Shown: positions 1 through 11,791 of the stretch, piece after piece | Position numbering within the stretch: position 1 is the stretch's first letter | Layout of the letters: every line of letters begins with the position of its first letter | NCBI GenBank assembly: GCA_024679065.1 | Contig: JAGIQG010000040.1 | Span: forward strand, 4,898,001-4,962,000 | Direction of reading: 5' to 3' | Length of the DNA stretch: 64,000 nucleotides | DNA from: Sphyrna mokarran | Taxonomy: Eukaryota | Made by a program: the position numbers and the translations under genes | Notes under the pieces: generated by a model | What the model saw: the letters and a program-made list of their open reading frames with translations, nothing else | What the model was told of the DNA's origin: nothing | Databases searched by the model: none

Positions 1-330
1 ATCTTGGAATGGGTACAGTGCAGAAAGAGATCATTTGGTCCATTGAGTTTGCAATGACTCTGACAGAGAATCCCATCCAGACACCATTCCTATTTACCTA
101 GCCATTTCCTCTCACCTACATATCTTTGGAGCTAAGGGACAATTTAGCATGTTCAATCAGCCTAAGCTGCACATCTTTGGAGTATGGAAGAGAATTGGAG
201 CAATCGGAGGAAGTCCATGAAGACACAGGGAAAATCTGCAGACTCCGCTCAGACAGTGACCCAAGCCGGAGAATCAAACTAATCTTCCTGGATCAGTGAA
301 GCAGCTGTGCAAGCCACTGTGCCGCTGCAA
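1..330 (-). mobile_element. tRNA-derived V-SINE (HE1-like), degenerate
   Basis: Reverse complement shows tRNA-like head (gcggcacagtggcttgcac), V-domain-like core (cttcctccgattgctccaattctcttccatactccaaagatgtgc) and CR1-like tail; boundaries approximate. Confidence 0.7.
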
Positions 331-429
331 CGACGTGTATAATACATGGCAAGAGATATGTGAAAAATGTAAGGAGGATCCTGATTGAGGGAATGAGTGA
401 TGACCTGGAAGTTAAAAATTAAAGTCTAG

Positions 430-1140
430 AATGAGAGAAAAAAAAGTGTTTTACTTCCAGATGTTGGAAACAGAAGGAAGTTTGAGCCTGTCTAAAGCTC
501 AGTCTTCATTCAGAGAGAACAGCAGCTTTGCTGAGCAGGAATGAGCAGCTGAACAAGCTCATTGTCCCATTTCCGCATTCAAACAATGAGGAGCGCTGAT
601 TGGCTGGCGGAACAGAATCTTTCCGGTCCTCCAGAGTTTCCATTGGTCAATCTCCCCGCAACAGACAATGGTGGGTGGAGACCCGCGTAGGGATGGGCGG
701 GGCTTGGCCCTCCAGCCGCGCTGAGCTGCTGTCCAATGGGAAAGGCTGGAAGACTCGGACAGACAATGGTCAGTGCGCCGGTCTGTCCCGGGCCCGGCCC
801 CACGTCTGCACATGCGCATTCACTGCAAAACTCGCACATGCGCATTCCCCAAATTCCACTAATATATGCACTTCCGACTCACTGCCACTCACCATAGCTG
901 GCCAATGGGAAGTGTTGGAACACCGGAAGGATTCTTGTCCTCCAGCCAATCAGAGAGCGGGTTTGGTGTGAATGAAGATTGAGCTTCAGACAGACAGAAA
1001 CTTCCTGCTGTCTCCAACTTCTGTGAGTAAAACACTTCCTTTTCTCCCCCTTCCCATTTCTTTTCCAATTCTGGGGAAATTGGGGATTGCAGCAACTGAA
1101 GGGAAAGGAAGTGAATCCAGGGAGGCTGCAGACTCTAGAA
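430..1140. promoter_or_regulatory. GC-rich head-to-head ZNF promoter cassette with non-coding first exon
   Basis: 451-650 is an inverted copy of ~900-1035; CCAAT boxes, ETS CCGGAAG, NRF1-like GCACATGCGCA (808-844), splice donor gtgagt at 1024; the same cassette precedes other ZNF genes. Confidence 0.65.
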
Positions 1141-1467
1141 AGGTTGGCCCAGGTCTCTCTGTCTCATCTAGATCTGAGAGAGTCATATTCCTTGGGACTG
1201 AATATCATCAGCCTTTGAATCGAGGAGAAATGGTTGTCCGGTCTGTCGATTTGAAAAGATTTCAAATATCAGTGTGACTGGAAAAGGATCAACGTACCAC
1301 CACACTCAGATGGAAGTGTTCCATTGACTAAAAAGCTTTATACGGTTACACAGCCTGAATAAAAATCACACCGTTAATAGCAGGGAGAAACTGAAGTCGT
1401 GTTGTGTGTGTGTTGATGAGGCTTCAACTGATTGTCCACCAGATAGAGAGGCAAGGACACCTCCCCC

Positions 1468-2820
1468 ATGGAGAAACCATGGAAATGTGGGGACTGTGGG
1501 AAGAGATACAGAGCCCCATCAGAGCTGGAGGCTCACCGGCGCAGTCATACTGGAGAGAGGCCATTCACCTGTTCTCAATGTGGGAAGGGATTCAGTGAAA
1601 TATCCCATCTGCGGACACACCAGCGAGTTCACACTGGGGAAAGGCCGTTCACCTGCTCTCAGTGTGGGGAGGGATTCACACAATCATCTCACCTGCAGAC
1701 ACACCAGTGTGTTCACACTGGGGAGTGGCCATTCACCTGCTCTCATTGCGGGAAAGGATTCAGTCAGTTATCCAGCCTGCAGATACACCAGCGAGTTCAC
1801 ACTGGGGAGAGACCATTCACCTGCTCTGTGTGTGGGAAGGCATTCAATCGGTCATTCAGCCTAACATTGCACAAGCGAACTCACACCGGGGAGAAACCGT
1901 TCTCCTGCTGTGTGTGTGGGAAGGGATTCAATCAGTCATCAAACCTAGCAAAACACTAGGGAATACACAGTGAGGACAGACCATTCACCTGCTCCGTGTG
2001 TGGAAAGGGCTTCAAAGCATCATCCATGCTAACAAAACACCAGCGTGTTCACAATGGGGAGAGGCCATTCAGCTGCTCTCAATGTGGGAAGAGATTCGCG
2101 CTCTCAGCCAACCTGCTGACACATCAGCGAATTCACACTGGGGAGAGACCGTTCACCTGCTCTCAGTGTGGGAAAGGATTCAGTCAGTCATCCAGTTTAC
2201 ATATACACCAGAGGACCCACACTGGGGAGAGTCCATTCCCCTGTTCTGTGTGTGGGAAGGCATTCAGTCAGTCATCTAACCTAACATTACACCAGCAAGT
2301 TCACACTGGGGAAAAGCCATTCACTTGCTCCCAGTGTGGGAAGGTTGCTCGCTCATCCAACCTCCTGATACACCTGCGAGTTCACACTGGGGAGAGGCCG
2401 CTAACTTGCTCCCAATGTGGGAAGCGATTCACTGACTCATCTCACCTGCTGGCACACCAGCGAACTCACACTGGGGAGAGGCCTTTCATCTGCTCCCAGT
2501 GTGGGAAGGGATTTGCACACTCAGGCAATCTGTGGACACACCAGCGAGTTCACACCGGGGAGAAACCGTTCATCTGTTCAAAGTGTGGGAAGGGATTCAG
2601 TCAATCATCCAACCTAGCAATACATCAAAGGATTCACACTGGGGAGAGGATGTTCACTTGTTCCCAATGTGGGAAGGGCTTTGCTCACTTACACACGCTG
2701 CAGGGTCACCAACGAGTTCACACTGGAGAGAAGCCATTCACTTGCTCTGTGTGTGGGAAGGGATTCAGTCAGTCATCAAATCTGTTGAAACACCAGCGAA
2801 TTCACAAGGAACTATTCTGA
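1468..2820 (+). pseudogene. Tandem C2H2 zinc-finger gene (16 fingers) interrupted by in-frame TAG at 1957-1959
   Basis: ORFs 1468-1959 (6 fingers) and 1996-2820 (10 fingers) are in the same frame with TGE(R/K)PF linkers; AAA CAC TAG lies inside finger 6. Either a truncated 5-finger protein or a pseudogene. Confidence 0.85.
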
Positions 2821-3039
2821 TTGAATTTTGCTGTGAATCATGTTCAGACTGGACCATGTTCATTTGGGTCTGGTTCTGCTGAATTGAAAAGTGACTCCTG
2901 TCCTGCTATAGGTGTTAATATAGTTGATCTGAGAATGGGAGGTTTGGGATCAGGGAATTCACAGAAAACCTCAGATCAGGATTGGATGGAGCCACACAAT
3001 TTATCGTAACCTAAACTATAGAGAATTTTGAACCTGAAG

Positions 3040-3330
3040 GAAACAGCATTGTTCTCAACCACCGTCACATGAGGGAGAGACCGTGGAAATGTGGAGACTG
3101 TGAGGAGAGACTCAGTTACTTGTCAGAGCTAGAAACACAGTGATGCATTCACACTGTGGGGAGGCCATTCACTCGCTCTGAATGTGGGAAGGGATTTTAC
3201 TCAGTCTTCTGAGGTGATTATAAATCAGTGAGTTCACACTGGGGAGAAACCATTCAACAGCCCTGAGTTTCAGAAGAGATTCAGTCGGCCATCCACACTG
3301 CTGAGTCACCAGCAAGTTTACAACTAACCA
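3040..3330 (+). pseudogene. Decayed C2H2 zinc-finger remnant
   Basis: ccgtggaaatgtggagactgtg and gttcacactggggagaaaccattc linkers, with stops and frameshifts. Confidence 0.75.
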
Positions 3331-4699
3331 TGGTGATTGGATTTATCTGTTAATCACATCAAGGACCGAACTGTGTTCAATGTAAGTGAACTGGTAAATG
3401 ATGTTAAAGGACAGGTTAATAGAGTTGCAGTTATTCTTTTGGATTTTTTCTTTTGGAGAGCTATTACATTATTTCTGCTGTGAAATGGGAACTACTATCA
3501 TCCTCTACCCATTTCAGGATGCCTTATCCAGAATTTTAGTTATTGTGTCTGCATCATTTTTACAAACAGGGAAGGTTACAATCCATCAGGTAAGCATACC
3601 TGTAATTAGCAGGACATACCAGTCTCCTCCTTTTAGTGTGGTGAGTGGGCCTGTATAATCAAGCTGCAATGTTTCCCAGGGAACATCAATAATATGGAAT
3701 GTGTTAATTGGGAAAATGCATTTTGCAGAATCTGATTAATTTGAACACGAGGCACAAATTCAGGTGCTGATGGACATTCTGATGCAGCCTCAGCCACTGA
3801 AAGTATGATCATGTTATATAATATTGAGGAGTCACAAAACAAGAAATATGCCCTGTTTTGATCCACCAAATATACTAATTCCTTTCTAAGCTATTGAGTT
3901 GTGACTAAAGTCAAAGTTAAGCCATATTTGTGAAAGAAAACTTCATTATGTCAGATGAATGAGTTCTTACTTGCTGTGAATGATGAGAGAAAGTTTCCTC
4001 GATGGTGCCCACCCTCTTTGCCCACAATCATCTTAGATCAGTGTCCTGACAGGTTTTTAACTGATATGTAACTGGAGTCTGTTGTACCAGTTCCAATGAT
4101 TGTGTTTTGGGTGGATCTCATGGAATCTCCTGGTGAGTCAGTCTCCTTGCTTATTACCGTCACTCTTCACTAACTCCTGCTGACCTACCTTCACCTGACA
4201 AATAGCAATTTGTCCTGGACATCCAGTAACATTCCCAATCATTCAGAGTTTGGAATGATGAGGAATGATTTCCTTTCTGCTGTGGAGAAGCTGTGTTTTC
4301 TCCCCCAGAGGGGTAGGTTTCTGAGGGAATTACAACCAAAGTAGCTTTCAGAATATTTCGTGATTATGTCGGAAACAGTTTGAAGGGCTGTGATCGCAAT
4401 AACCTCAGAGTTCTGGGCTAAATTTTGCGATCGTGGTGGGTATTTAGTAAGGATACTACAACTGTTGTGGAGAATCAAACATGCAGCTCCACTCTGATAC
4501 AAACCTTGTTCATAAAACCAACATCTGATCGCACAAACCCCAGTGCAATGCAACAGTTGTTTGTCTTTAACAGGTTCATTAGACATGACTGCTTTTGCCT
4601 GACTGAGATGTAGGATTTTTTCATACTGAAACATCCCAGCCAAGAAATAATTATGAAGATTCAGGACATGAATGCTTTTTCTTTGTGGTTCCATAATTC

Positions 4700-6660
4700 A
4701 ACCACTTGAACACATTGTAAAACTCCATTGGCGTTTTAGGATAATGTCACTGCAGTATTTGGGGACTGCCGAAATATACAATTAAACTCTGCCAGGCACT
4801 TTATGTTAAAGAGGTGTAAATTGTCTCCAGCCAAGACAGTGGGATTTTGAAAGGCCAGGCAAGTCGTGGGGGTTAAAGATAATGTGAAATGAACCCAAGA
4901 TCGTGTTGAGGTCATCCTCATGTCTGTGCGGACCTTGGCTATCAGTTTTTGCTCTGCATTCTGCATTGTTGTGCGTTGTGAAGGCCACCTTGGAGAACGC
5001 TTATCTGAAAGATCAGAGGTTGAATGCCTGTAACTGCTGAAGAGTTCCCCGACAGGAGGAGAACACTGCTGCCAGGTGATAGTTGCGTCCATTCATCCGT
5101 TGTCATAGCGTCTGCATGGTCTCCCCGGTGTACCATGCCTTGGGAAATCCTTTCCTGCAGCTTATCAAGTAGAAATGTTGGCTGAATCACAAGAGTATGC
5201 ACTGTGTACCTGGTGGATGGTATTCTCACGTGATATGATTGTATCCATGTTGATAATCCGGCATGTCTTGCAGAGGTTGCTGTGGCAGGTTTGTGTGGTG
5301 TCCTGGTCACTGTTCTCCTGAATGCTGGGTAGTTTGCTGCAGACAGTAGTCTTTTGAGGTTGTTTAAAAGCAAAAAGTGGGGATGTGGGGATGACCTTAG
5401 CGAGATGTTCGTCATCATCGAGGACATGTTGAAGGCTCCAGAAAAGATGTAGCTTCTTCAGTCTGGGAAGTACTGGATGACGAAGGGTACTCTATCTACC
5501 ATGATCCATGTTTGTCTTCTGAGGAGGTCAGTGCGGTTTTTCGCTGTGGTATGTCAAAACTGTCAATCGATGAGGAAAGTGCCAAATCCTGTTCTTTTGC
5601 AGGCATCTGTAAGTGTCTGTTGCGATCCTCTTCATCTGAGCAGATCTTGTGTATGCGGAGGGCTTGTCCATAGGGGATGGCTTCTTTTATGTGTTTAGGG
5701 TGGAAGCTGGAGAAGTAGAGCATCGTGAGGTTATCCGTGGACTTGCGGTACAGTGAAGTGCTAAGGTGACTGTCCTTGATAGAGATGCATGTGTCCAAGA
5801 ATGCAGCTGGTTCTGGAGCGAAGTCCATGGTGAGTCTGATGGTGAGATGAAACTTGTTGATGTCACCATATAGTTGTTTTCAGTAATTGTTCGCTATGAG
5901 TCCAAAGGAAGATGTCATTGAGGTATCTAGTGTACAGTGTTAGTTGAAGGTGCTGTGCATTGAAGAGGTCTTGTTTGAACTTGTGCATGAAGATATTGGC
6001 ATATTGAGGTGTGAATTTGGTCCCCATGGCTGTTCCATGTGCCTGGATGAAGAACTGGTTGTTGAAGGTGAAGACATTGTGGTCCAGGATGAAGCGGATA
6101 AGTTGTAGAATTGCATCTGAAGATTGGCAGTTTTCAACATTGAGTACTGAGGCAGTTGCAACAATACCGTCATTGTGGGGATGCTGGTGTAGAGTGCTGA
6201 GACATCCATTGTGACGAGGAGTGTTCCTAGTTCAACCACTCCATGTGTGCTGAGTTTTGCACGAAGTCCATAGTGTCATGACAGATGCTGGGGGTTCTTT
6301 GTACAGTAGGTTTCAGAATGTCCTTAACGTAGCCGGAGAGGTAATCATATAGGATCCCATTGCCTGATAGGATGGGACTTCTGCGTGTATGGCCTTGTGT
6401 ATCTTCAGGAGGCAGTAGAGATCTCCAACAAGGGGAGTACATGGGATGAGAGCACGGAGGGTGTTCTGAAAGCCTGAATCAAGGTCTTCATCAGTCTGTT
6501 GAGTTGATGGGTGTGTTCTTTGACCAGATCTGCAGATAACTGTTCAATGTTGGTATACTTCTTTGCAGTAATCCATTCCATTTAGTATGACAGTGGCTCC
6601 TCCTTTGCTGATTTGAAACAATGTTGCTGTTGTTCTTGAGAGCACGGATAGCATTGCGTT
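4700..6660 (-). mobile_element. Penelope-like retroelement (RT + GIY-YIG), fragmented
   Basis: Minus-strand ORF pieces TMDVSALYTSIP, FLDTCISIKDSHLSTSLYRKSTD, HIKEAIPYGQALRIHKICS, AEQKLIAK; homologous to 58240-58875. Confidence 0.85.
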
Positions 6661-7455
6661 GTCCGCAGCAAACTATCCAGCCTTTAGGAGTGACTGAGAC
6701 ATCATACAAGCCTGTCACAGCAACCGCTGCAAGACGTGCTGGATCAGCGGCAAGGATACCATCATCTTATGTGAGAGCACCAACCATTAAGTATACGGTA
6801 CATACTCTTGCAGCTCGACCAACATTGTCTACCTGATACAATGCAGGAAAGGATGTCCCGAGGCATGGTACATTGGCAACATCATGCAGACGCTACAACA
6901 GTAGCTGAATGAACACCATTTGACGATCATCAGGCAGGAGTGTTGTCTTCTCGTCAGGGAACACTCACAGGCATTCAGCCTCTGATCTTCAGGTAAGCAT
7001 TCTCCAAGTGGCCTTCATGACACATGGCAATGCAGAATTGCTGAGCAAAGACTGATAGCCAGATTCCGCACACGTGAGGGCGGCCTCAACCGGGATCTTG
7101 GGTTCATGCCACACTACCTGTAACCCAACTCTCATGACTTGCCTGGGCTTGCAAAGTCTCAGTAACTGTACTGCTGGAGATTATTCACATCTCTTTAACC
7201 TGTGCTTAACTCTCTTTCCACTCACATTGTCTGTGCCTGTAAAGACTTGTTTACCTATAAAGATTCGCATTCCAACCGTTATCTTGTAAATTGTGTATCC
7301 ATGTCGGCCTTTTTGTGAACACAACTCTTCACTCACCTGAAGGAGGAACACTGTGAAAGCTTGTGCTACCAAATAAACCTTTTGGACTTTAACTTCTTGT
7401 TGTGAGACCTCTTAATCTGCTTACTCCAGTCTATCGCCAGCATCTCCACATCATG
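6660..7455 (+). mobile_element. Penelope-like 3' end (GIY-YIG remnant + pLTR), inverted relative to 4700-6660
   Basis: acatactcttgcagctcgaccaacattgtctacctgata...gagcaaagactgatagcc matches the 58550-58812 region; ends ccagtctatcgccagcatctccacatca. Confidence 0.8.
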
Positions 7456-7689
7456 ATTGAATCCAGTCAGAATTAGCACCAAATAATACTTTTATTAGTA
7501 TAAAAGTTTTGATACCTCTGTGTGACTCGCAGCAGAACTTCCAGAAATGCAGCACAGCAGATCACCAATTCACAATATTTTGTTAATTTATCTCAAATGT
7601 TAACAATTTTATTTCGTATTACCTGTTTGAAATTGCAGTGGTGCAGTTAACACCCAGCATTCGCTGCGGGTGTGAAAGTGCCCTATTCA

Positions 7690-8020
7690 CTCCAGAGGAT
7701 CTCAGTGCGCAGGCGCGGTGCTGCCTCCGGAGCATGCGCAGTGTCACTTCCCTCGGAGCCCTCCGGGTGCGGGAGACGTTTCCGTTTCCCGGGTGAGAGT
7801 CGGTGGGGCGGAGGGAGGAATGGAGCTGGGAGTCGGGGTGGAGAGGGACCGGAGGCTTCACAAACACCCGCTGTAGGCCGCAAGGTCCGAATCAAAGCCT
7901 GCGGGTCCCGGGTTTGCAGCTCCGGGGATTTTATCCGGGATCCGGTCCAGGGCCGCGGCCGCCATCTTTGTTCAGCGGTGAGCAGAGCGCATGCGCGGCT
8001 AGTGGGCGGAGCTAAAGCAG
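7690..8020. promoter_or_regulatory. CpG-rich promoter-like element (NRF1/YY1 motifs)
   Basis: GCGCAGGCGC, GCATGCGCA, GCCGCCATCTTTG, GCGCATGCGC; paralogous to 37885-38190, which precedes a ZNF gene. Confidence 0.55.
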
Positions 8021-8204
8021 ACAATGCTGGAAAATCTGAGCAGGTCTGACAGCTTCTGGAGAGATTGGAGCCAATGTTTCCAGTCTGGCTGTTCCTTCGT
8101 CAGAGCTAAGGGTAAAGAGATTCAGAGAAAAATAATATTGTGGGATGGAATGGGATGAGGGGAATTAAATAAGGATAAAGATGGCTGAGAAGTTGCTAAA
8201 CATC

Positions 8205-8530
8205 AGAGAATCATAGAATCCTACAGTGCAGATGGCAGACATTTGACCCCCTCGAGTCTGCACCGATCACAATCTCACCCAGGTCCTATCCCATAACCTC
8301 ATATATTTACCAAGCTAGCCACCCCCCCCCACAATGTGAAGGGGCAATTTAGCATGGCCAATCCACGTAACCTACACATCTTGGGACTGTGGGAGGAAAC
8401 CTGAGCATCCAGAGGAAACCTACACAGACATGGGGAGAACATGCAAACTCCAAACAGACAGTGACCCAAGCTGAGAACCGAAACCAGGTCCCTGGTGCTG
8501 TGAAACAACAGTGCAACCACTGCCCATGGT
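8205..8530 (-). mobile_element. V-SINE (HE1-like)
   Basis: Reverse complement has ggagtttgcatgttctccccatgtctgtgtaggtttcctctggatgctcaggtttcctcccacagtcccaagatgtg core and a tRNA-like head. Confidence 0.8.
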
Positions 8531-9028
8531 GGTTAGTAGTGTCCATTAAGAGATCAAAATGTTCTGAATGGCAGAACAGAAGTATAAATGATTAAGACAG
8601 TTGGCCCAGAGAGGGGAGGCACAAGGAGAATGGCCAAAACGAAATGGAAAAAAAATGGGAGCGAGAAAGAAAAATGATGTAATGATGATGGAGATGAAAA
8701 GATGAAACAAAATAAATAAAAATAATGAAATTCTGTGAGGAGGAGAAAAATTAATGCTCCAAAGGTTCACTCAAATTCAATTGGAGGCTTTAAAGTACCC
8801 ATTCGAAGATGAGGTACCGTCCTTTGGATGCTTTGGGGCTCAGTTGAACATTGCAAAAGTCAAGGGTGGATGTATGGACAGGAATTCAAGTAGTGTGTCA
8901 AATGCAACACTTTGATCTTAGAGCTATTTTAAACGACCGCGTTCTAGTTCAAAGTGGGTGTTTCCATCTGCAGAGTTATAGGCGCAGCGTGCGTCATAGA
9001 ATTGTGTTACATTGAGCGAGGCTCTGAC

Positions 9029-9067
9029 AGTTTTTGTGCAGGTTCAGCCCAGCTCTGTGTCTCTGTG
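9029..9067 (-). other. 23-RSS of V1
   Basis: CACAGAG (9067-9061) + 23 nt + ACAAAAACT (9037-9029). Confidence 0.92.
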
Positions 9068-9984
9068 GGTCTCAGTGCACAGTAATACACCCCGGAGTCT
9101 GCCAGCTCTGTTTTAGACACTTTCAACGGGACGGTACGGGTTGTATCATTGAGCTCCGCTAAAAAACGGTCCCCTGAAGGCCTCCCTGTATTCCCGGTGT
9201 ATTTATTTGTCTGCAGCAGATATTCCATGGCTCCGCTGGGATAGTGACGGTACCAGAATAGATAAAAGATGTTGCTCGTAGTTGTGTAATTGCAGGGCAG
9301 TCTAACATCATTTCCTTGAGTGACGGTGACTGCAGCCGCCGTTTGTGAAACAGAATCTCCCCGGGAATGTCCTGTAAGAATCCAAAGAAATATGAAATTA
9401 AACATTGCAATTTCACCCAGTTTTCCCAGATTTTGCCCGTTATCGGCAAAAATAACCTCAGAGAGAAATCAGACAGCAAAATAGAACATTAGAATAGAAC
9501 AAAATAGAAAATAGAAAAATATTTTTCACAGTTCAGTGGATGGAATGGGAAGACGTTTGTGGCGATTAAGTAAACTTCCACCATAAACATTCTCTTCTTT
9601 CTAACGAGATCAGTTTCTCGTCTTCAGTCCCTGTAACTGGAAACTGCTCACGGTCTGTCTGTTTGAAAGGTGATGGTTGCCAAAGGGGTTCACTGGTGTC
9701 AGAGGAGCTTGAATCTGAAGAGAATTGATTCTCTATTAATCCCTCGGGGAAATGTGCCAAATCGCAGCAGTGTTCAGTGTTGAGACCAGCGAGATTCAAA
9801 TAACTTTTCGATGTTGTGATCAATCCATTCCCTGATCAGCCACTTCCCCCCGCTTCCATTGAGAGAACCGCCCGACAGAATATAGTGTGCGGTAATGATG
9901 TGTAACACAAAGTGAGCAACTTGTGAACTTACCGATTAACAGAGCTGCTGCTGTGAGGAATAAGTACAGAGTAACAAGACACAT
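9068..9984 (-). CDS. TCR alpha/delta-like V segment V1 (leader exon 9984-9933, V exon 9371-9068), apparently intact
   Basis: Leader MCLVTLYLFLTAAALLI + phase-1 gtaagt; acceptor ttcttacag; V domain DSVSQ..C..FWYRH..DSGVYYCALR followed by an RSS. Confidence 0.9.
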
Positions 9985-10059
9985 GTTTGCAGAACTGGCG
10001 GCGGATTTGACCAGAATGGGTTGAAGCTGAATTTGTTTCGGTCAAGAGTTGGGAAAAGG

Positions 10060-10112
10060 TTGAGTTATATCCGGCTCCCTGTTGATTGGTTTACTGTTGA
10101 AAACGTCATCAG
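10060..10112 (-). promoter_or_regulatory. V1 promoter (CRE-like TGACGT, CCAAT, TATA-like)
   Basis: Reverse complement shows gatgacgttt...aaccaatcaac...gatataac 80-125 bp upstream of ATG; similar atgacgct...aaccaatcaac upstream of V5 (16881-16910). Confidence 0.55.
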
Positions 10113-11213
10113 ATGAGATTCAATCGACTTCAATCTTCCACGTTCTTCCGTTCAACCAATGACCTCACAGTTCCTTTATCTGCAATTCATCCCACGAAAA
10201 GAACAAGTGAATTTAGTCATCCCACAACAGGGCAAGACTTTCCTCTTCAACTATCATTTCAGGAACCGACCGGTCCCTTGAGGCCTGATGGCTCTGTTCT
10301 GACATGGAGAATGACGATATCCATCCTCACAGCAGCATAAAAATCAGTTTGTTATTAATCATCTTTTGGATAGCAGTTATAGTGCAGGGGAGGATGACTT
10401 TTTTAGTCAAAACATCTACATCATAAGAAGTGATAGAATAGTGAATGATCTAAGATACTTCCATATGCTGTTCTCTCAATTTGCAATTCTGCACTCTGTG
10501 AAATCTTTCAGAGTAGAAATATAGCTTGTCTCCCATTGGACTGCTAATCCAATCAGTACCAAACAGGGAAAAGCAACAAAGATTAATATCTCCAATGAAA
10601 TATCCAAGAAAACAGCACAGGAGAGACGGGTAAGAGTGCGAACAGCACAGGAAAACCATAGGCAGTGTGGTGACAGCTAGGATTTATCTGCGAGGAGTTG
10701 AATTCAATAACAATGTCACATTGGAAATTCTATAACTTTGCCTCTCTATATGAGAGGTAACTGAATGTCCATTCCATATGCGGACAAGGATTCTTGCACC
10801 AAGAGTATCGGATTAGTGTGTGATTCAATGCAAAGCGAAATCCTTATTAGTGATGTGAATGGAAAATGGGACTGAATAGCTGAGCAGTCAGATTGGAGAG
10901 GTTCTGAATTAATGTACAAGGTAATAGAAAAAGCTTTAATGTTTACGTTAAAGACTGGGAAAGCAAATGTACACAATTTCCATAAATCTGCAGACAAGGA
11001 CACTCTGGAGTAAATAGAGAAAGGCATCGAAAACGGAAAAAAAAATGTTGCGGTACCTCAGATCGATATCGCAAATGTAAGTTCCAACCATTAACCAATG
11101 TAACTGCAAGAGGACCATACCAGTTGCTGTTTTTTTGAGAATTATCTTTGGTTGCAATTTTAAGAATCTCCGTCATTCTCTCTGTGGAAAGTGAATGACC
11201 CGCGTGTGTGCGT

Positions 11214-11227
11214 GCGCACCCTTCTGG
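11214..11227 (-). promoter_or_regulatory. Degenerate CTCF-like motif downstream of V2 RSS
   Basis: CCAGAAGGGTGCGC preceded by GCAGTTCCAGTTAGTG, at the same position as in V3/V7/V8. Confidence 0.5.
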
Positions 11228-11252
11228 GCACTAACTGGAACTGCCAGTGTAG

Positions 11253-11292
11253 GGTTTTTGTACGACATTAGCTATAGCTCTGCAGCAGTGTG
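11253..11292 (-). other. RSS of V2 (24-nt spacer)
   Basis: CACACTG (11292-11286) + 24 nt + ACAAAAACC (11261-11253). Confidence 0.85.
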
Positions 11293-11791
11293 GGCTTCAT
11301 GGCACACAAATACACGGCGCTGTCGGAGATCACTGTGTTATTGATCGTTAGCTCGCTAGTCTTGTTCTTTTTATCAAATTTGGAAGAAAACCGATCATTG
11401 AGGTCGGCATTCCCATGCACATTCTTTCCAATAAGCTGAAACATGTACACTGGAGCTTTCCCGGCCTGCTGACTGTACCAGTACACATAAGGGTTGGGAG
11501 CGCTTGTCTTCAAAGCACAGGTTAGTGTGACATCATTTTTTTCTTGAACCTTTATTACAGGATAAGGTTGTTCCACTTTGTCTTGGTGGCTCCATTCTAA
11601 CAGAAACAACAACAATATGACAATCAGAGTTAGCCTCAGATTAAACGATACAATTATCATTGTCACTATTATTTTACCAACAAAAAATATCTGGGTTACG
11701 ACACTCATGAGGAGCTTATAGTTTTACTGGGAAGAAAATACTGACTGAGAAGTGAGATAATGATGAGGATCGGAGTGAGATAATTCACCAT
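11293..11791 (-). CDS. TCR alpha/delta-like V segment V2 (leader 11791-11746, V exon 11596-11293)
   Basis: Leader MVNYLTPILIIISLL, donor gtcagt, acceptor tctgttag; V domain with C, VYWYSQ, DSAVYLCAMK. Confidence 0.88.

Noticed and set aside
1468-2820. Many CACACTG/CACAGTG heptamers in ZNF His-Thr-Gly linkers, identical to the V-segment heptamers (all ZNF genes)
   Set aside because: In the typical linker context no nonamer lies at 12 or 23 nt (e.g. TCACCTGCT, CAGTGTGGG); explained by codon usage of the HTGE linker
4239-4694. 151-aa minus-strand ORF
   Set aside because: No recognisable motif, splice context or paralog; probably spurious
7330-7365. Additional hammerhead ribozymes (also ~8075-8105 and ~24545-24575)
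   Set aside because: Core boxes are mutated or deleted (CTGA-AGG, TTGACAA) or the stems do not pair; probably inactive relics
9053-9059. Second CACAGAG inside the V1 (and V5) spacer
   Set aside because: It would give a 15-nt spacer, which is neither 12 nor 23
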